Part shown: positions 25,008 to 39,188 of the stretch, in pieces
How the letters are laid out: each line of letters opens with the position of its first letter
Numbering within the stretch: the first letter of the stretch is position 1
Source: Sphaerodactylus townsendi
Taxonomy: Eukaryota
Direction: 5' to 3'
Assembly (NCBI RefSeq): GCF_021028975.2
Contig: NC_059429.1
Location: 59,024,001-59,088,000 of the forward strand
Length of the DNA: 64,000 nt
The notes under the pieces: generated by a model
What the model was told of the DNA's origin: nothing
The model's database searches: none
The model's input: only the letters and a program-made list of their open reading frames with translations
Made by a program: the position numbers and the translations under genes

Positions 25008-25243
25008 GAGACCCAACATGATGTAGTAGTTAGAGTGCCAGACTAGAACCTAAGAGAGTCAGTTTCAGATCTTCACTCCACTATGAAAGTTTGTTAGATG
25101 TCCTTGAGCCACTCACATTCTCTTAGCCTAATCTACCTCACAAAGTTGTTGGGAGAATAAAATGGAAGAGAACAGAATGATTTAACCTCCTTTAGGTCAC
25201 CACTGGAAAGAAAGATGGAGTATAAATGAAGTAAATAAACAAA
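25008..25243 (+). mobile_element. MIR-like/Squam3-like SINE
   Basis: tgtagtagttagagtg head, cttagcctaatctacctcacaaagttgttg core, tataaatgaagtaaataaac tail. Confidence 0.7.
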
Positions 25244-26633
25244 CTGAGCAGTAACGTATATAAAGTTTTGTGCGTGTGGAGAAGGTCTAAACATTGTGCT
25301 ATGAACTGGTGTTTGATTAGACATTTATAGTGGAACCAAAGAAATAATTTGGTGAAGCAATTCCTCCCCCACACCCAAATCATTCTAACATAATTTAGTT
25401 GGTTTGAAAGATGCCTTGCTGTGCATATATGTAATAATGTAACTTAGGATAAGAAACGCACATGAGATAACAACCTTCAGTTTCCTGCAGAGTTGTGCAG
25501 TTTCAAAGGAACAGCTGGTGTGCACAAGTAGGATGCATAAGTGAATATTGCTAAAGATATCAGCTCAAGAATACAGCACCAGAAAGGATGACACAGAAAG
25601 GAATCAAGCATTAAAGATGGAACCAAATATGTTCTTGGGTTCAGTTTAGTTGTGATTCAAGTTAGATTAGTGTTTCTCTGAAAAGTAATCATTACCTGAT
25701 CATCTAAGGTAGAAAATATTGTTGACAGTGCAGAATTTATCAGTACCTACTAGGCTCAACAAATACAAACAGGATGCATTCAGATAACATGGGTCAATAT
25801 AGTTTATGAAGTATCACATTACCCTAGTAGCTGGAGGGTGTTAACCAAGGTTAGGCTTCTGAATCCTGGTTTGTACTACTTTGATTAGTTGTGATATTTG
25901 AATACAGGAAATACAGCTTAATTCAGGACTATTTGCATATGGATGATGTGCTCCACCTCAGCTACTCAAAAAGCAGTTGGTGGGGCGCGGGGGAGGGGAA
26001 AGCATTCATATAGCATTGTTCTCCTGTTACATTCATTCATCTTCCAGGTCTTCCTGTACTTTGCCCTAATGTTTCAGAAGCCTGCTATACTCAGATGTTT
26101 CTGGACACCTAGGATCAAAAGTGAATTTGCCCTCAGTGTAGACAGGAAAATGTAGATTTCTGCACTTCTCCACTCACATCTCACCTCCCGACAGTTTATT
26201 GCCTGATTTTTTAAAAATCTGTAGTAGGTATAGATATAATACTATACAGCTCAATCTAGAGGCGTAGTGACAGAAGTCAAACATGGTCCAGAAGCCCCTG
26301 TGGCTTGACCAAGGTTTTCTGGCTTTAACACAGTCCACACAAAGCACACATACACACTATACGATAACCAAGACTATTAACCCAGAATGAATAAGCCTTG
26401 ATTTACACCCTTAGCTTTTGTCTGAAAGATAACTCCTTCAAAGAAAGACCAGAGTACCAGGTACAGGCCATTAATTGTTGCTAACAGGGTCTGATGTAGT
26501 GTTTAAGGGTGCTAATGAATTTGTTGTAAATGGATTAAACTTTGTTTAAATAGGTTATGTATTAGAATTCACACAGTCTTAGGGAACAGCCATGATATGT
26601 ATGATTATATATATAATTAGATAGATGATAGAT

Positions 26634-27077
26634 CAGTGATGGCGAACATATGGCATGGGTGCCAGAGGTGGTACTCAGACCCTCTCTGTGGGCATGCACA
26701 CACAAAAATCACCCCCCCCACACACACACATCTAGGCTGGCCTGGCCACTGAGCACGATGTGCGCGCACCGCGGTGAGCAGGGAGGACTCAGCTGGTAGG
26801 CTTGATGCCTGTGTTCCAGGTGGCTGCTGCCCGAGGGGGGAGGCACAGAGGAGGCAGAGATGCTAGAGAGGCACAGAGCAGTGTGCGCAGGACTGATGGC
26901 TAGAGCAGGCTGGCCCCTGCTCGAGTGGGTGGGGCGGAGGAAGAGGGAGCCAACCGTTTTTTTCTAAACTAAAACCTCAGCATTCAGGTTAAATTGTCGG
27001 GTTGGCACTTTGCGATAAATAAGTGGGTTTTGGGTTGCAATTTGGGCACTCAGTCTCGAAAAGGTTTGCCATCACTG
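26634..27077. mobile_element. hAT MITE with CAGTGATGGCGAAC termini (hAT1-like)
   Basis: TIRs CAGTGATGGCGAAC / GTTTGCCATCACTG. Exact 8-bp TSD TGATAGAT at 26626-26633 and 27078-27085. Confidence 0.92.
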
Positions 27078-27078
27078 T

Positions 27079-27138
27079 GATAGATAGATAGAGAGGGAGG
27101 GAGGGAGGGAGGGAGGGAGGGAGGGAGAGAGAGAGAGA
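27079..27138. repeat. Compound microsatellite (GATA)n(GGGA)n(GA)n
   Basis: Directly visible; the GATA run begins in the TSD of the adjacent MITE. Confidence 0.9.
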
Positions 27139-28724
27139 TGTAACTTGTATTACTCGGTACTCTTGATTATGAATAAATAGAGTGAACTGTGTTCTTCATG
27201 CCCTTAAAAGCTGATAAGCTTCTGCTTCAAACAATGTTTTGGAGAATGACCTGTTGTCTATAAGAATTAAGTGCCTGCTTGAAGATTTCTTGTATCAGCC
27301 CTGGAATTTCAAAGAACCACTGAGCTCTAGCAACATTCCCTAAAGTGATATGTTACACAGGGTTGGGATAGATGGAAGGAAAGAGAAACTTTCAGATGGT
27401 TAATTGGGAAGTGTTACATTAAAGTGTAAAGTTTTGTCATGAGATGTGCAAGATTTATGGTTTTGTTTTGAACAGAGATGTCCCTTTTTTATTAAAAAAG
27501 GGGTGAATTTTTTTGTCCAGGCAGTTCTTCCCTTTTGCTACTAGAACCCTTGTTAGTTTGAATAAAATTTATTCATTGATTCAGTCTCTTATCTCCTGTA
27601 ATCCCTCCCGCCCTCTCGCTGGGAGTAAGGTAGCCTGACGAAGTTGCTCCACAGAGTAACAGGGGTGGGGGCAAAGGAACTTGGGGAATTGGCACAGGCT
27701 CACGCTGAAGTAGGGGTCCATCTCGCCAGTACAAATGGAAAATGCACAGGCAGAGTGGGCAAAGTGGGTGGTGGACGGGTGATGCACAGCTTGGTGGCAC
27801 TCAACCCAGAAGTGGGCTGAGGCTCCAGAGCTGCGTCTGCCTAAATCTGGCCATCAGTTCAGCAACCACAGTCAACTTCCACTGGGCTTTCAGTGCCAGT
27901 ATGGCCTTAGACTTAGGTCACCCCAAAGGGGGGCAAAGGTCCATTTTGGGCTATAAAGGGCTGTTAGTGGCCAGAGTTTTTTTTCCTGCTGCCCTCCTCA
28001 TGCTGCCTGGAAGCAGAATGGCAGTGAAGTAGCGAGGCCAGTTCAGCTGCTGGAGACCTCAAGACTGGACTATAGATAAACATTAGTACTGATAAGTGAC
28101 CAGTGTGGATACTCCATGGTCACTGTGAATGCCTCTGAATTGCAGTAGCAATGTTCCATAGCACAGAATCACCACCATGTGGAAACAACCCTAGGTTGCG
28201 GAGTGGCAAAACAGTTTCTCTGTTCTGAATGTTAACTGTTTAAAATCAGGTAAGTAAAATCTATGTATGATTTTATTATTTTTCTAGTGTTACAAACCTT
28301 CAAATGGGGCCAGAAGGTCTCCTAAAATTACAAGTGATTTCCAGACTATAGAGATCTGTTGTCCAGAGGGAACTGGCTACTTTGGAGCACAACACTTACT
28401 GGTATACACTTTACAAAACTACAAGCCTTTGTACTTTCTCACTGAGACCTGGATCAGTCATCATGAGTTTATACCTATGATTTTAAACCATTGTTAAAGT
28501 GTATGGACTAGTAGTCAAATAAAATGAGAGCCAATGTATTAGAATATTTCTGCTTTCTGAACGTGCTGTAAAGCATGTTCAGATTAAATTAAGAATAGTT
28601 CCAAATTTCTGCTTAATTTTTATGTGGCTCCATTTATTTTAAGAATGAGCAGGACAAGATCAATGCTAGAAAGAACAAGTGATATTCCTTCCTGCCCAGA
28701 AAGAACAGATCATATACCTAACTT

Positions 28725-29266
28725 CAGAGGCATGGGGGGGGGAATGGTGCCTCGGGCAAAATGGCACCCAAGCTCCACCCCTTAATGGACCCCCTACGCC
28801 CCCCCCGCAGCACCCCACCCACTTACCTTAGCAAAAGAGCAGCTGGTTGCTCTTTGCAGCCGGGTAAAAAGCTTCTGCCAGGCCTGGAGGGGTGGGGTGG
28901 GGAGGGGTGTGAGGGGCACCCCCCATGGCCCCCCACCCAATTACCTTAGTTCAGCCAGCTGCAAAGAGCAACCGGTTGAAAAAGAGCAGCCGGTTGTTCT
29001 TTGCAGCTGGCTGAAAAGCTTCTGCTGGGCCTGGTGGGGTGGGGCAAGGGGGAAGGGGTGTGAGCAGTGCCCCCATGCTGCCCTCCCATCCCCTGTCCAC
29101 TTACCTTAGTTCAGCCAACTGCAAAGAGCAGCTGGCTGAAAAGCTTCTGCTGGACCTGGTGGAGCAGGAGGAGGAATGTGGGGGCGATTTTCCGCCTCCC
29201 TTGTGACTCACTGCAGGGCACTCGGGGACTTTGTCCCCTGATGTCCCCATTATATCGACACCACTG
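28725..29266. mobile_element. hAT (Tip100-like) MITE with internal tandem repeats
   Basis: Termini CAGAGGCATG / ACACCACTG; TSD CCTAACTT (28717-28724) vs CCTAACTA (29267-29274). Three internal units of ttaccttag...aaagagcagc...aaaagcttctgc. Confidence 0.85.
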
Positions 29267-30811
29267 CCTAACTATGTCACTTTTAAAATTCTAGAAAAAT
29301 ATCCACAAGTCTTTCACAATTTATCTGGTTATAGGACAGTAGCATTTTCTTTTAAGAAATAATTCTGGTAATCTTAAGTGTATTTTGCCAAAACTAGAAT
29401 TTCTCTAAGGTTCATCTTCAACATCTCTCTATAGACAGAAAGAGATGGAGGGGGCGGGGAAGCAAAGTTGTAGGGAAAGTAGAGGTCAACCAACAGAAAG
29501 CAAGCAAGCAAGCACACATATCATGAATACAAAGTAAGCAGATAGTTTCTAGGCAAGGATAAGATATAAATTAGCTCCAGTGAGGGAGGAAATGGTGGTA
29601 AATATGTGGAAAGGTGTCTGATGAGGAGGAGGCTCATCCCATGTGCCGTATACTTCTTCTAAGGGTTGCTACCCTCCAAGTGGGAACTGGAGATCTCCTG
29701 GGGAAAATGGCTGATTTGGAAAATGAAGTCTGTGGCATAAAATTCTGCAGAGGTCCTTCTCCTTCTAAACCCTGCTCTCTACAGGTTCCACCACCAATCA
29801 ACCTTCTTGATCACTCCCTTTTTTCAAAAAAGATTTGAGAAACTCAGAACATGCAGGACAGTGGCAATGGATCATTTCTTCTTCAGAAGAAAGAAGGAGG
29901 AGGGGAGCACTGTGTAGGGCAGATCTAGTTTTGACATATAGGTTAATTGAGTCACAATCACCACAGTTTCCTCAACGTACTCTTCTAACAAAAGTAAGTT
30001 CTGACAAGGTTTGGCTGCCTTTGAAAAGAAGAATTAGCAATCAATATATATCTTTCCTTTGCCCTATAAAAAGAAAAGAAGAGCAAAGACTACACAGAAG
30101 AAAATAAGAGAAAAGACTACACAGAGCAAGAAAATAGTAATTTCTGCACAAAGGGTGGTAGTGGAGCTACAGGCCCCCACTCTATTCTCTGGGAGATCAA
30201 TAATTCAGTATTAAAGCAACTAACCTTTTCATCACAATCTGTTCTCAACTAAAGTACTCTGCTGCTAAATGTTAATATCAATAGTGGAAATGAAATATAA
30301 AGGATACCAATGAAATCTAATAGCATATTTTAAACAACTAAATTACTGATTCCAGAGAAGGATGGAAAGGAATCTATTGATTATAGAACATTCAGTCACA
30401 TAAACAAGTTTCAGAATTAATGCATGTTATTGCGATTAACCATTCAGCAGAATCACTGCTAGCATCGTAGGCAAGAGTGAATTATTTGAGCAGCTGGGCT
30501 CTTCAAAAGAAAGCAATATCTCCAAGAATTTAATTGAGTAGTAAGTCAATTATGAGACTCTGCTTGTGGAATTTCCAGTCTGTGTTGCAATGGAGACTAC
30601 ATCTGTTAATGTTTATATATTCCTCTTGTAAGTGACCAAGAAAAAGAGAGGAAGCAACACTACAGAAAGCACTATATTTGAAGTTGTGAAACCTGTTACT
30701 GTACTATGATGACAGCAACCAACTTTCATATTGGGCATGGAGAAAGACCCTTTAATAAGCCAACAGAAAAGCTCACCACCAACTGGCTTAAAAGACTTTT
30801 TGAAGCCAAGT

Positions 30812-31115
30812 AGGAGCAGCAGTGGTGTAGTGATTAAGAGCAGGTGTGCTCTAGTCTGGAGGAACTGGGTTTGATTCCCTGCTCTGCTGCTTGAGCTGTG
30901 GAGGCTTATCTGGGGAATTCAGATTAGCCTGTACACTCCAACACATGCCAGCTGAGTGAGCTAGCCATAGTTCTAGCCATAGTTCTTCTGAGCTTTCTCA
31001 GCCCCACCTACCTCATAGGGTGCTTATTGTGAGGGGGGAAGGGAAAGGAGTTTGTAAGCCCCTTTGAGTCTCCTACAAGAGAGAAAGGGGGATATAAATC
31101 CAACCCTTCTTCTTC
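30812..31115 (+). mobile_element. Full-length Squam3-like tRNA/MIR-derived SINE
   Basis: A-box gtggtgtagtga, B-box-like gggtttgattccc, ctcagccccacctacctca core and (CTT)n tail. Confidence 0.85.
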
Positions 31116-33879
31116 AAGTGATCCAGACCCAGACAGAATGGTTATTCCAGTAACACAAAGAAAGGATTGTTCAAAACATTTCCTAGCTATTGATCAATCA
31201 GTCAATGGACAAAGGTGTGATAATATTTGAATACAATAGACATGCAAATGACTGAATCTGGAAAATCAGCCATGTCTTTGATGAGCAACTTCAGGAAATA
31301 AATGTAATAAAAACATTTTACCACATAGCCCTGGCACTCATTTCCTTCCTGAGATATTTGAAGAAGTATTTCATATATCAAGACCTAAATAATGAAAATA
31401 CTGTATTTTTGTGACATGCATCTCAATTTAGCACCAGTTTTATTACACTAGAAGCAAAATAACATTAGGGATGCTCAATCACCTGATGTTTTGGCTTGAG
31501 GATTACTCACAGATAGTAATGATTGGAACTGAACATTTGGCACACTACTGAGCAGCATCAAAATATGTTGCAGACAAAAGGTGACTGTGCATGCGTGAGT
31601 ACATACTGCTGTCCCATAGCTGCCTCCACCAACTACCTCTGCCACAACCTCACAGTACTAAAATCCTGTTCAAAAAAAAAAAGGGGGGGGGGTCTTGACA
31701 TTTTGAGATTTTTTTACTATTTTTTTACTATTTACTTATTTACTATTTTTTACTATTGCCGAGCAGATTCATAGCAATGTGTACATAGGCATTTTTACAT
31801 TGTTTGTCCCTACCCCACAAAACTAATTGTAAAATGTTTTCGTTACTAGAAAAGATTCACTTCAAAGCTTGCTCTAATGCAATATTTCTGGCATGCATCA
31901 TCCATACTAAAAATTAAATGAAAGGCAGGCAGCTTGATTCAGACTGGGGATAAATTCTCACATGAGTGTTTTTGTGGTGTTTTTTCCCTGGAGAAGACCT
32001 TGCCTCTTTTTCAAAATCTATGACACCTAATTGGTGGTTACAATGGATAGAATGAAGGTATTTATTGTTACTGCTTTATTTTATTTTGAATTGATTGGTT
32101 GTTTATTCAGGACAAATCCTCTAGGCAACAATACATCAGCTGTCCACGAGCATAGCTGACTCAATCAGTCACTTAAGAGAGTTCCAGATTGTGAATCTCG
32201 CAACCAGTTCTGCACATGTGTCAATCTGATAGTTGCTGCTGACTATATAGGTGGAAAAAGTAGGTCATTGTAGGTCACTTAAAGGATGCATCTGATTGTG
32301 TGATTCTATGTGATTCTATGCCTGTGATTCTATGCCTGACAAGCAGTTCACTTTAACAACCTGACCATGAGCTTGGGGGACAGGCCCACTTCTTTTGCAA
32401 TTGAAAAGATTTAGTTTGCACATTGCAAATACAAAAATGGCCACAAACTACAAAACATAACTTACATGTGTAACTTATTTACTGAGACACAACTAGTTCT
32501 TGATCAGAATGCTTAAGTGGTTGCTATGCTAGTACAAACCTGCTAAGTACAGTGACAAACACTGATGTAAAAGAGAAGACAGAGAAGCATTCTAGCAAAC
32601 CGAGGAACCAAATAACACAGGATTCCAACAACCAATAAGAGCTGTGGGATGGGAAGCTGAAAGACCGTTAAGACTGGACAGCTGGAAAGGAGAGTTTGGC
32701 AGACAGGATAGACTAGCAGAAAAGTGGGTCATGGTCAGTGCAGAGATCAGATTATGTAGTCTTCTTATACTGTCCTGGAACTGAGACAATGTCAGTGAAT
32801 TATAGTTTGGTGCTATGGATTAGCTGTATTAGTTTAACTGGAGTGTAAACAAGAATTAAAACCTGCCTAGAAAAAAATGTACAGTTTAAAAGCTGAAATC
32901 CATGTGTATTTCACCTGTTAATATTTCATTTAGTTTATGTTAATCCAAACAAACTATGCCCTCCATTAACACAAGATTTCTCTGTCAGATGACCTCACAC
33001 CTTTCTCTGTCAGATGACCTCACACCTCATGTTTCAGCCAGGTGCATATGTAGGCTTTATTGTAATCCAGAATTCTCTTCCAGAACATTGTTCCCACTGA
33101 CACTCCAGGTTCTGGGGGAGGGCAAGAACACAACAAATCTTGAAGTGGTGAAGTTTTTCAAAAGGAAAATGTCACTACTGAACAGCAATGTTAAGGCTAT
33201 CAGCTAGTGAGCAATCTTGGCTTATGAGTAAACAAGAAGTTAGGTCAACGCTAGTGATTGTGTTTATGTCATCGTTCTCACGATTCTTAAACAGAATGTT
33301 ATTTCCTTTTCCACAATAAATGTTCACTAACAGTCTAATTGCTAAATTGTCAATATGTACTAAATCATGGGCAAAAATTTATAATTATAGATATCTGGTG
33401 TGTATGTTGGAAAGGAGTTCATTTGAACCATTCAGGCTGCAGGTATACTTCCACATATGCATGATGTCTTCAGGGATGTACATTTTCGCATTAGTTGTGT
33501 CTGTTATGCATGGAAGTAGAAACATTCAAGGACCTCAGGTGGATTGTCAGCCCCCATTTGAGGGCTGGAGTTTGCCAGGGATTACAACAGATTTCCAGAC
33601 TACAAAGATCAATTCCTATAAAGAAGACAGCAACTTGTGACTCTATCACATCCCTACTGAGCTCTCCAGGGTCTGCCCCCAAATCGCCAGGGATTTCCCA
33701 ATTACACTTGGCAGCCTCAGGGGAGACTGTGACCTTTTTGGTGACCATCAACCATTCTGCCAGTAATTACTTTAGATGACTTCATGGAACGATGAGAAAC
33801 TCTGAACCATGACAGGCTTTTGCAGAGCCCTACAAATTCAATGGTGCTGTAAATCCTCTAGAAAGGATTAGTAGTAGTA

Positions 33880-34175
33880 GAAGATGATAAGTTTGGATTT
33901 TTACCCTCCCTCCTTTTTCTCCTGTAAGGAGACTCAAAGGGGCTTACAGACTCCTTCCCCTTCCTTTACCCTACAACAGACACCTTCTGAGGTAGGTAGG
34001 GCTAAGAGAGTCCCAAAGAACTATGACTAGCCCAAGGTCACCCAGCGGTGATGTAGGAATAGAGAAACAAATCTAGTTCACCAGACAAGACTTTGCCATT
34101 CATGTGGAGGAATGGGCAATCAAACCAGTTCTCCAGATTAGAGTCCATCTGCTCTTAACCACTACACATGGCTCA
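33880..34175 (-). mobile_element. Squam3-like SINE
   Basis: Reverse-complement homologue of 30812-31115 (gctcttaaccactacac head). Confidence 0.85.
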
Positions 34176-34420
34176 AGATCCATGTATTACCAGTCCAACC
34201 CATAATGGGTTGGGGGAGCCCTGTTTTCTAGCTCTACCTTTCCTGTCAACTCTTGGGGTACCTAGTAGTGCAGTGCCAAGATGGAAAGCCAATTCTCTGG
34301 ATTGGCTAGTGTACCCACAAGGACAGAAAGTCTTGTCTGGCCTTGCCTGTGCCTATATATGCCTTGCTAAATAGCTTGCTGCTCCCTTCCTAAGGGGATT
34401 AAGGCAAAAGACAATACTTC

Positions 34421-35266
34421 TGTCATGGAACCCCACTTTCCACCTCCAGCCCTGAATTATCTGACTCACTAAGATAAAGAATTTGTAATGTGATTGCCCC
34501 AAATGCTCCTGCTAGTACAGTGCTAATCTTAATTTCTTCCTCTGACTAACTTCTCTCTCAAGGCCACCATGTTTACATTATCCATTGTCTTACAGCAGTA
34601 ATTCAATCAACTAACTTCCCCCTTTCATGCACTCCGTGGCTCTGCCAGTTAACACCAAGTGTCCAAGCATTCATTTTAAGTACTTCACCCATCAACTTGA
34701 GCATCGACACTCAAGTTGATCACTTCTCTCTTGTCTCTCCCAGAAAAGGCAAGGTTTCCCCTTTGTCTTGGGAGATTAAAGTTTGTTCTGCATAACTCTG
34801 AAAGTCCCTTTTTCCATATAAGTAGCCTCCTCACCCAACACTCAGTTTTCAACATCTTTGGATACCTCTCTGTTGATATGCTCCCCAACACATTGTTTTT
34901 TCTTCTACCAAAGCTAGTACAGGTTGCTCAGCTCTGCTTGGACTTAAAGCAACTTCAGGATTTGGTAAAGTATCACCCCTAAAAATTCCCCAATTCCTTC
35001 TACCTATCTCCAAACTATTCCCTCAGCACTGCTTATATCTTAGGACTGTGTTGTGTTGTGCTGCTTCGATAATTGTGTGCATGTAAATTTATTATTTTCC
35101 CCTTAATAAAAACTGTTAAACTTTATTTCACTCTCCTGCAGATTTCTTGCAAAGGCTACTTTTTGTAAACATAGGGAACAAAGATTCCAAGCTTGCCTGA
35201 CCCCTTGCTATGCAGAAGGTCTGCTCTTGCTAATTCCCCAACTCTAAAAGGAACAGACCTCTACCA
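34421..35266 (+). mobile_element. Candidate solo LTR
   Basis: TG...CA ends with 4-bp direct repeat CTTC (34417-34420, 35267-35270), TATA-like tatataa region at about 34816 and AATAAA at about 35105. Confidence 0.5.
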
Positions 35267-35789
35267 CTTCAGGTAACACATGCCAATTCCTGGAGATCTC
35301 CAGGTTCCTCTTGGAGATTGTGAGATGCTGATTGTTCTCTGAATGGTACTCTCACTTTTTTGTTCCTTTCTAAAACAGAATAAAGATAAAAACCTGGTGC
35401 ATGATAGCCCAATTCTCATCAAGAACACAGCACAGCCTTTCTTCTCTCTGATTCCCATGGGGCTTTCTCAGCCCCAGAGAACCACTGTCTCCTCTGTTGC
35501 ACCAAACACACAACAAACTTTACAATCCACAAAAGCTCAAGTGACAGACCTGTGTATTGCTTAGAGTTGTGCCCATTTTATGCTGCCTTTCCACCAACTG
35601 CAGTCCCCAAGGCAGCACACATTACACACTAAAACATTGGAACAAATTAAAAAGGCTAGTTGACTTGGCTCCTCAGCGGTATGCGGGGGTGGTGGTGGCA
35701 CAATTTCAGTGCTTGTCTTGGGTGCCATTTCTATAGCTACACCTCTGCCTCAAGTTCCTTGCTCTCAATCTCTGCCTTTGGATTCTTAA

Positions 35790-36441
35790 ATCTGTAAATG
35801 TGGGTGGGCACACTCACCTAAACAGATTTTTTTCCAAATCTGGAGTAAGTTTGAAATTTAAAAACCCTGTCAAATTCAAATCCCACATGTGCAGACATAA
35901 TAAAAATCTACTTCTTTGCCAGCCCAGAAGCAACAGCCATTATGGCCAGGGCGTGGGGGGCTGGGAGCTGAAGAAGGCCCAGCTACGGATGCTGACAGTC
36001 TCACTGGGCTGGGAAAAGCAGTAGTCAGAGTGGGGAAATGAGTGACATCCCACAAAACAATAGTTTTGTCTGTGCCTGCCCTGAGGCAGTGAAGAGGAAA
36101 AGTTGTGGGTGTGTGGGGTGGGGGAAGCTGCTGAGTGGATGGATGGCAGACAAAGTCATTGCTGCCGGTGGTGAGTATGTGTGGGGGAAGCTGTTGGATG
36201 GGCTTGCAGGGGAGAGAAAAATAAAAAGGGGAGTTGGATTGGGAGGAGAAAGGGGAAGGAGGAATTGGGTTGGGGAGAGAGAAAGGAAGGAAGGAAGTGG
36301 CTTGGGGGAGAGAAAGATAAAGAAGGGATTAGCTGGGGGAGAGAAAGATAAGGAAAGGGGTTGACTTGGGGGGAGAGGAAAGAAGGAAGCAAAGGTAGAA
36401 GAATGCACCCACCTTGCAAGTTTCTTGAGGCTCCCTACTTG
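35790..36441 (+). mobile_element. Possible Helitron-like element with a purine-rich minisatellite
   Basis: Repeated ggggagagaaa units at 36200-36390 and a 3' hairpin-like cttgcaagtttcttgagg...CTTG|T. The 5' end is uncertain. Confidence 0.3.
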
Positions 36442-39188
36442 TTATACCTGAAGTTGATAACTCATAACTCCAGAATTACTTCAACAGGAAAAAAAACCCT
36501 TGCTGCATACTCCTTTAATAATGAATCTATATCAAAAATGTTTTCATCTCTACAACTAAATAACAATCATGCCTAATTATGATAGCCTTCTTTTTGTAGG
36601 AGCAGACGCTGCATAATAACTTCCATACTATTCAGGATCTTCAGTCTGAGATCTATTAGTAAACATTATTCTAGCTCAAATTAGGAAAAACAAATTGTTC
36701 ATAAGTTAAATCTTTTTTCAGATATTATTCTGCCCTGAAGGAGAATGGAAGCCTGAAACACAATGGACATTTAATTCTATGATTTATGACACCAACAGTA
36801 GTTTTTGACTTATTCAACATAAGCAACCTCTCAAATACATTTTGGCCCTATGTGTGACAGCACATATACAAGCATTTCTAGACATAGTTTAACATTTAAG
36901 TGTACATATTCACATTTTGTTTTCCTTCCCATTTGGCATATTCTAGGAATAGAGATGACAGTAAAGGGGAGAAAGTCACATACCAATTGTCACTAAAAGT
37001 GAAAAGAATAACAAAAATATAACTTGCTTTGCATTGGCTATGTTTAATTGAAATAATACTGCTGAAAACAGTACAGTGCTATCTCAGTTTGCTTCACAGT
37101 AAATCAGTGTGTGAAGGATATAAAAACTGAGAGACATTTAAAGGCCTATTATAAGGAAGGATTAATCATATAATGTTGAGATCCTAATTGCAAAGGGGGA
37201 AGGAGTACACAGTATTAAGACTAGAAGAGAGAAGCAAAAAGTTGTACTGTGTATAATAGATACAAAAAGAGCACAAAAATCTCAAATAGCTATTGTGTAT
37301 TACTAATGCGTATTACTCCAAACTATGTTAGTAAAGGAGGAATCTAAGGAAATTAGTGATAAGAAAATAAGGGAAACTGAGGAAAATATTACAGCTTTCA
37401 TGCAGGAACTAAAAGGGTTAACCCCCCCCCAAAAAAAATTGCAGTGGGGTTGTTGTTGCAGAGGAAGTGAGAAAGCCCATCTTGTGGCACCATAAGGACT
37501 AACACTTTATGCTTCCGTAAATCTGTTAAAGATGCCACAAGACTATATTTTTACAAAATAGAAATAGAAAATGGATGCCAAAGCCAACCAAAATTTAGCA
37601 ATCCCATACTCTCTCATGTGAGTTTAACCTCAAAAGACCTAAAATTAATGATATCCAGGGGTTTATCTCTTTCTGCATAATAAAGTGAATCCAAGTATAG
37701 CAGGCAGCCACAACATGGCAAACTAATCAGCCCAGATCAGATTCAGCAAAGGATTATCTGAAATAGTTGGGATTTTAAAACATTTAAAACGACTGAGAAA
37801 GATAAAAGATATTTCAAGACACACATTTGGTAGGAAACCATAGGCATAAGGCAAGAAAAAAAACGCTGTTGAAAGTTGGGTCAGAATGAATAAAGCGCAA
37901 ATATGTTCTGTTAAAGAAGAAAAAGCAGTTAAAGAAAAACATTTAATGCAGATACATTATTCGTAGGGATAATGGAAGAATCAAAGCTCTAAATGGAACC
38001 AAAGCAAACTTTACAAGTGAGTGACTCACAATATTTGAGGAAGGGAAATCACATCTGCCCCATTCCTAGTTTCTCCTTCTTCCCCCTTCCCTCTCCTTTC
38101 CCCAAAGCCCCCCTGTATTTCCCTTCCCCCCCACTCTCCCAAGCTCCATTTTTCTTCCTTATACCCATTCTTCTCATACCCATTGCTTGTTTTTACTCCC
38201 CAATCTTCCAGCTGGCCACAAACCCAACTAGCTAGAGGTGCAAGGAGGTGGAGATTTGAAACAAAAAGAGCATCTCCAATACTTTCTTCTTCAAAGTCTT
38301 TTTCCTTTGTCTTGCCCACCAGAAGGCAGTGGCAAAAGACTCTGAAACAAAAAATGGAATACACATTCTGTTTCAACCTTCCTGCATTCCTTCTGATTCC
38401 CAGCTGATGGGGAGGTGGATGATTCCATGTCTTGCCCCCACTTCAGGCCTGCTCTGGCACCTTCACCTTCAGCCTCCTCCTTCCTCCTAGGCTTCCACAC
38501 ATTCGTGCCTCATGCTGCTCTTGTTGCTATTTTTCTGCCCTCAGTTTTCTTCCCATCTTTCTCATAATGCTGAATGATTTCATGATCTCATGAGTTCTTT
38601 CTTGGCATTATTTTACAGGAGCTGCCTTTGCCAGATTGGGATTTAATATTTTTGTCACAGATTTTTCTGTGAACCTCGGGCTCTCCTGGGTTTCCAGCAA
38701 AATCCCATCTTTCGACTAGGACTATGTTCAAAATTAGACAGTGTTTCATAGTCAGAGAAACCCACAGTGTGCTCTACAGCAACCCTACAATTATCAATAA
38801 ATATAGTCAGAATTATGAAGTACATGACCTGGTTATGTGATCATTTACCAGATACTAGGAAGACAGGAATATCAGGAAGATCGGTACGTGCTGAATTCAG
38901 ATACTGACCAGCATCCTGGGGGCAGGGGTAAGATGAGTATGAGTATTATGCACAACAGCTATTTGGATCAAGCAACCAATTTGTAGTTGCAGAATTCAGA
39001 AGGCTGATGTTCAGATTTCTAACTTTTTTCCTGAGCCTTCTAGGTTACCTAACTATGCAATGAAACTGCAATTAATACTACAGAAAGTAGTTTTGCACTG
39101 AATTCCAATTACAAAGGTTTAATTGCCTGGAAAATGTAAAACAGCAGACTGGTTTAACATTAGACAACAGCTTTTCTTATGGACTAGA

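Noticed and set aside
32296-33025. Short local duplications (tgtgattctatg x3 at about 32300; tttctctgtcagatgacctcacacc x2 at about 32977)
   Set aside because: Ordinary slippage duplications with no further structure.
36025-36419. 127-aa and 108-aa ORFs
   Set aside because: Products of a purine-rich minisatellite with no domain-like sequence.
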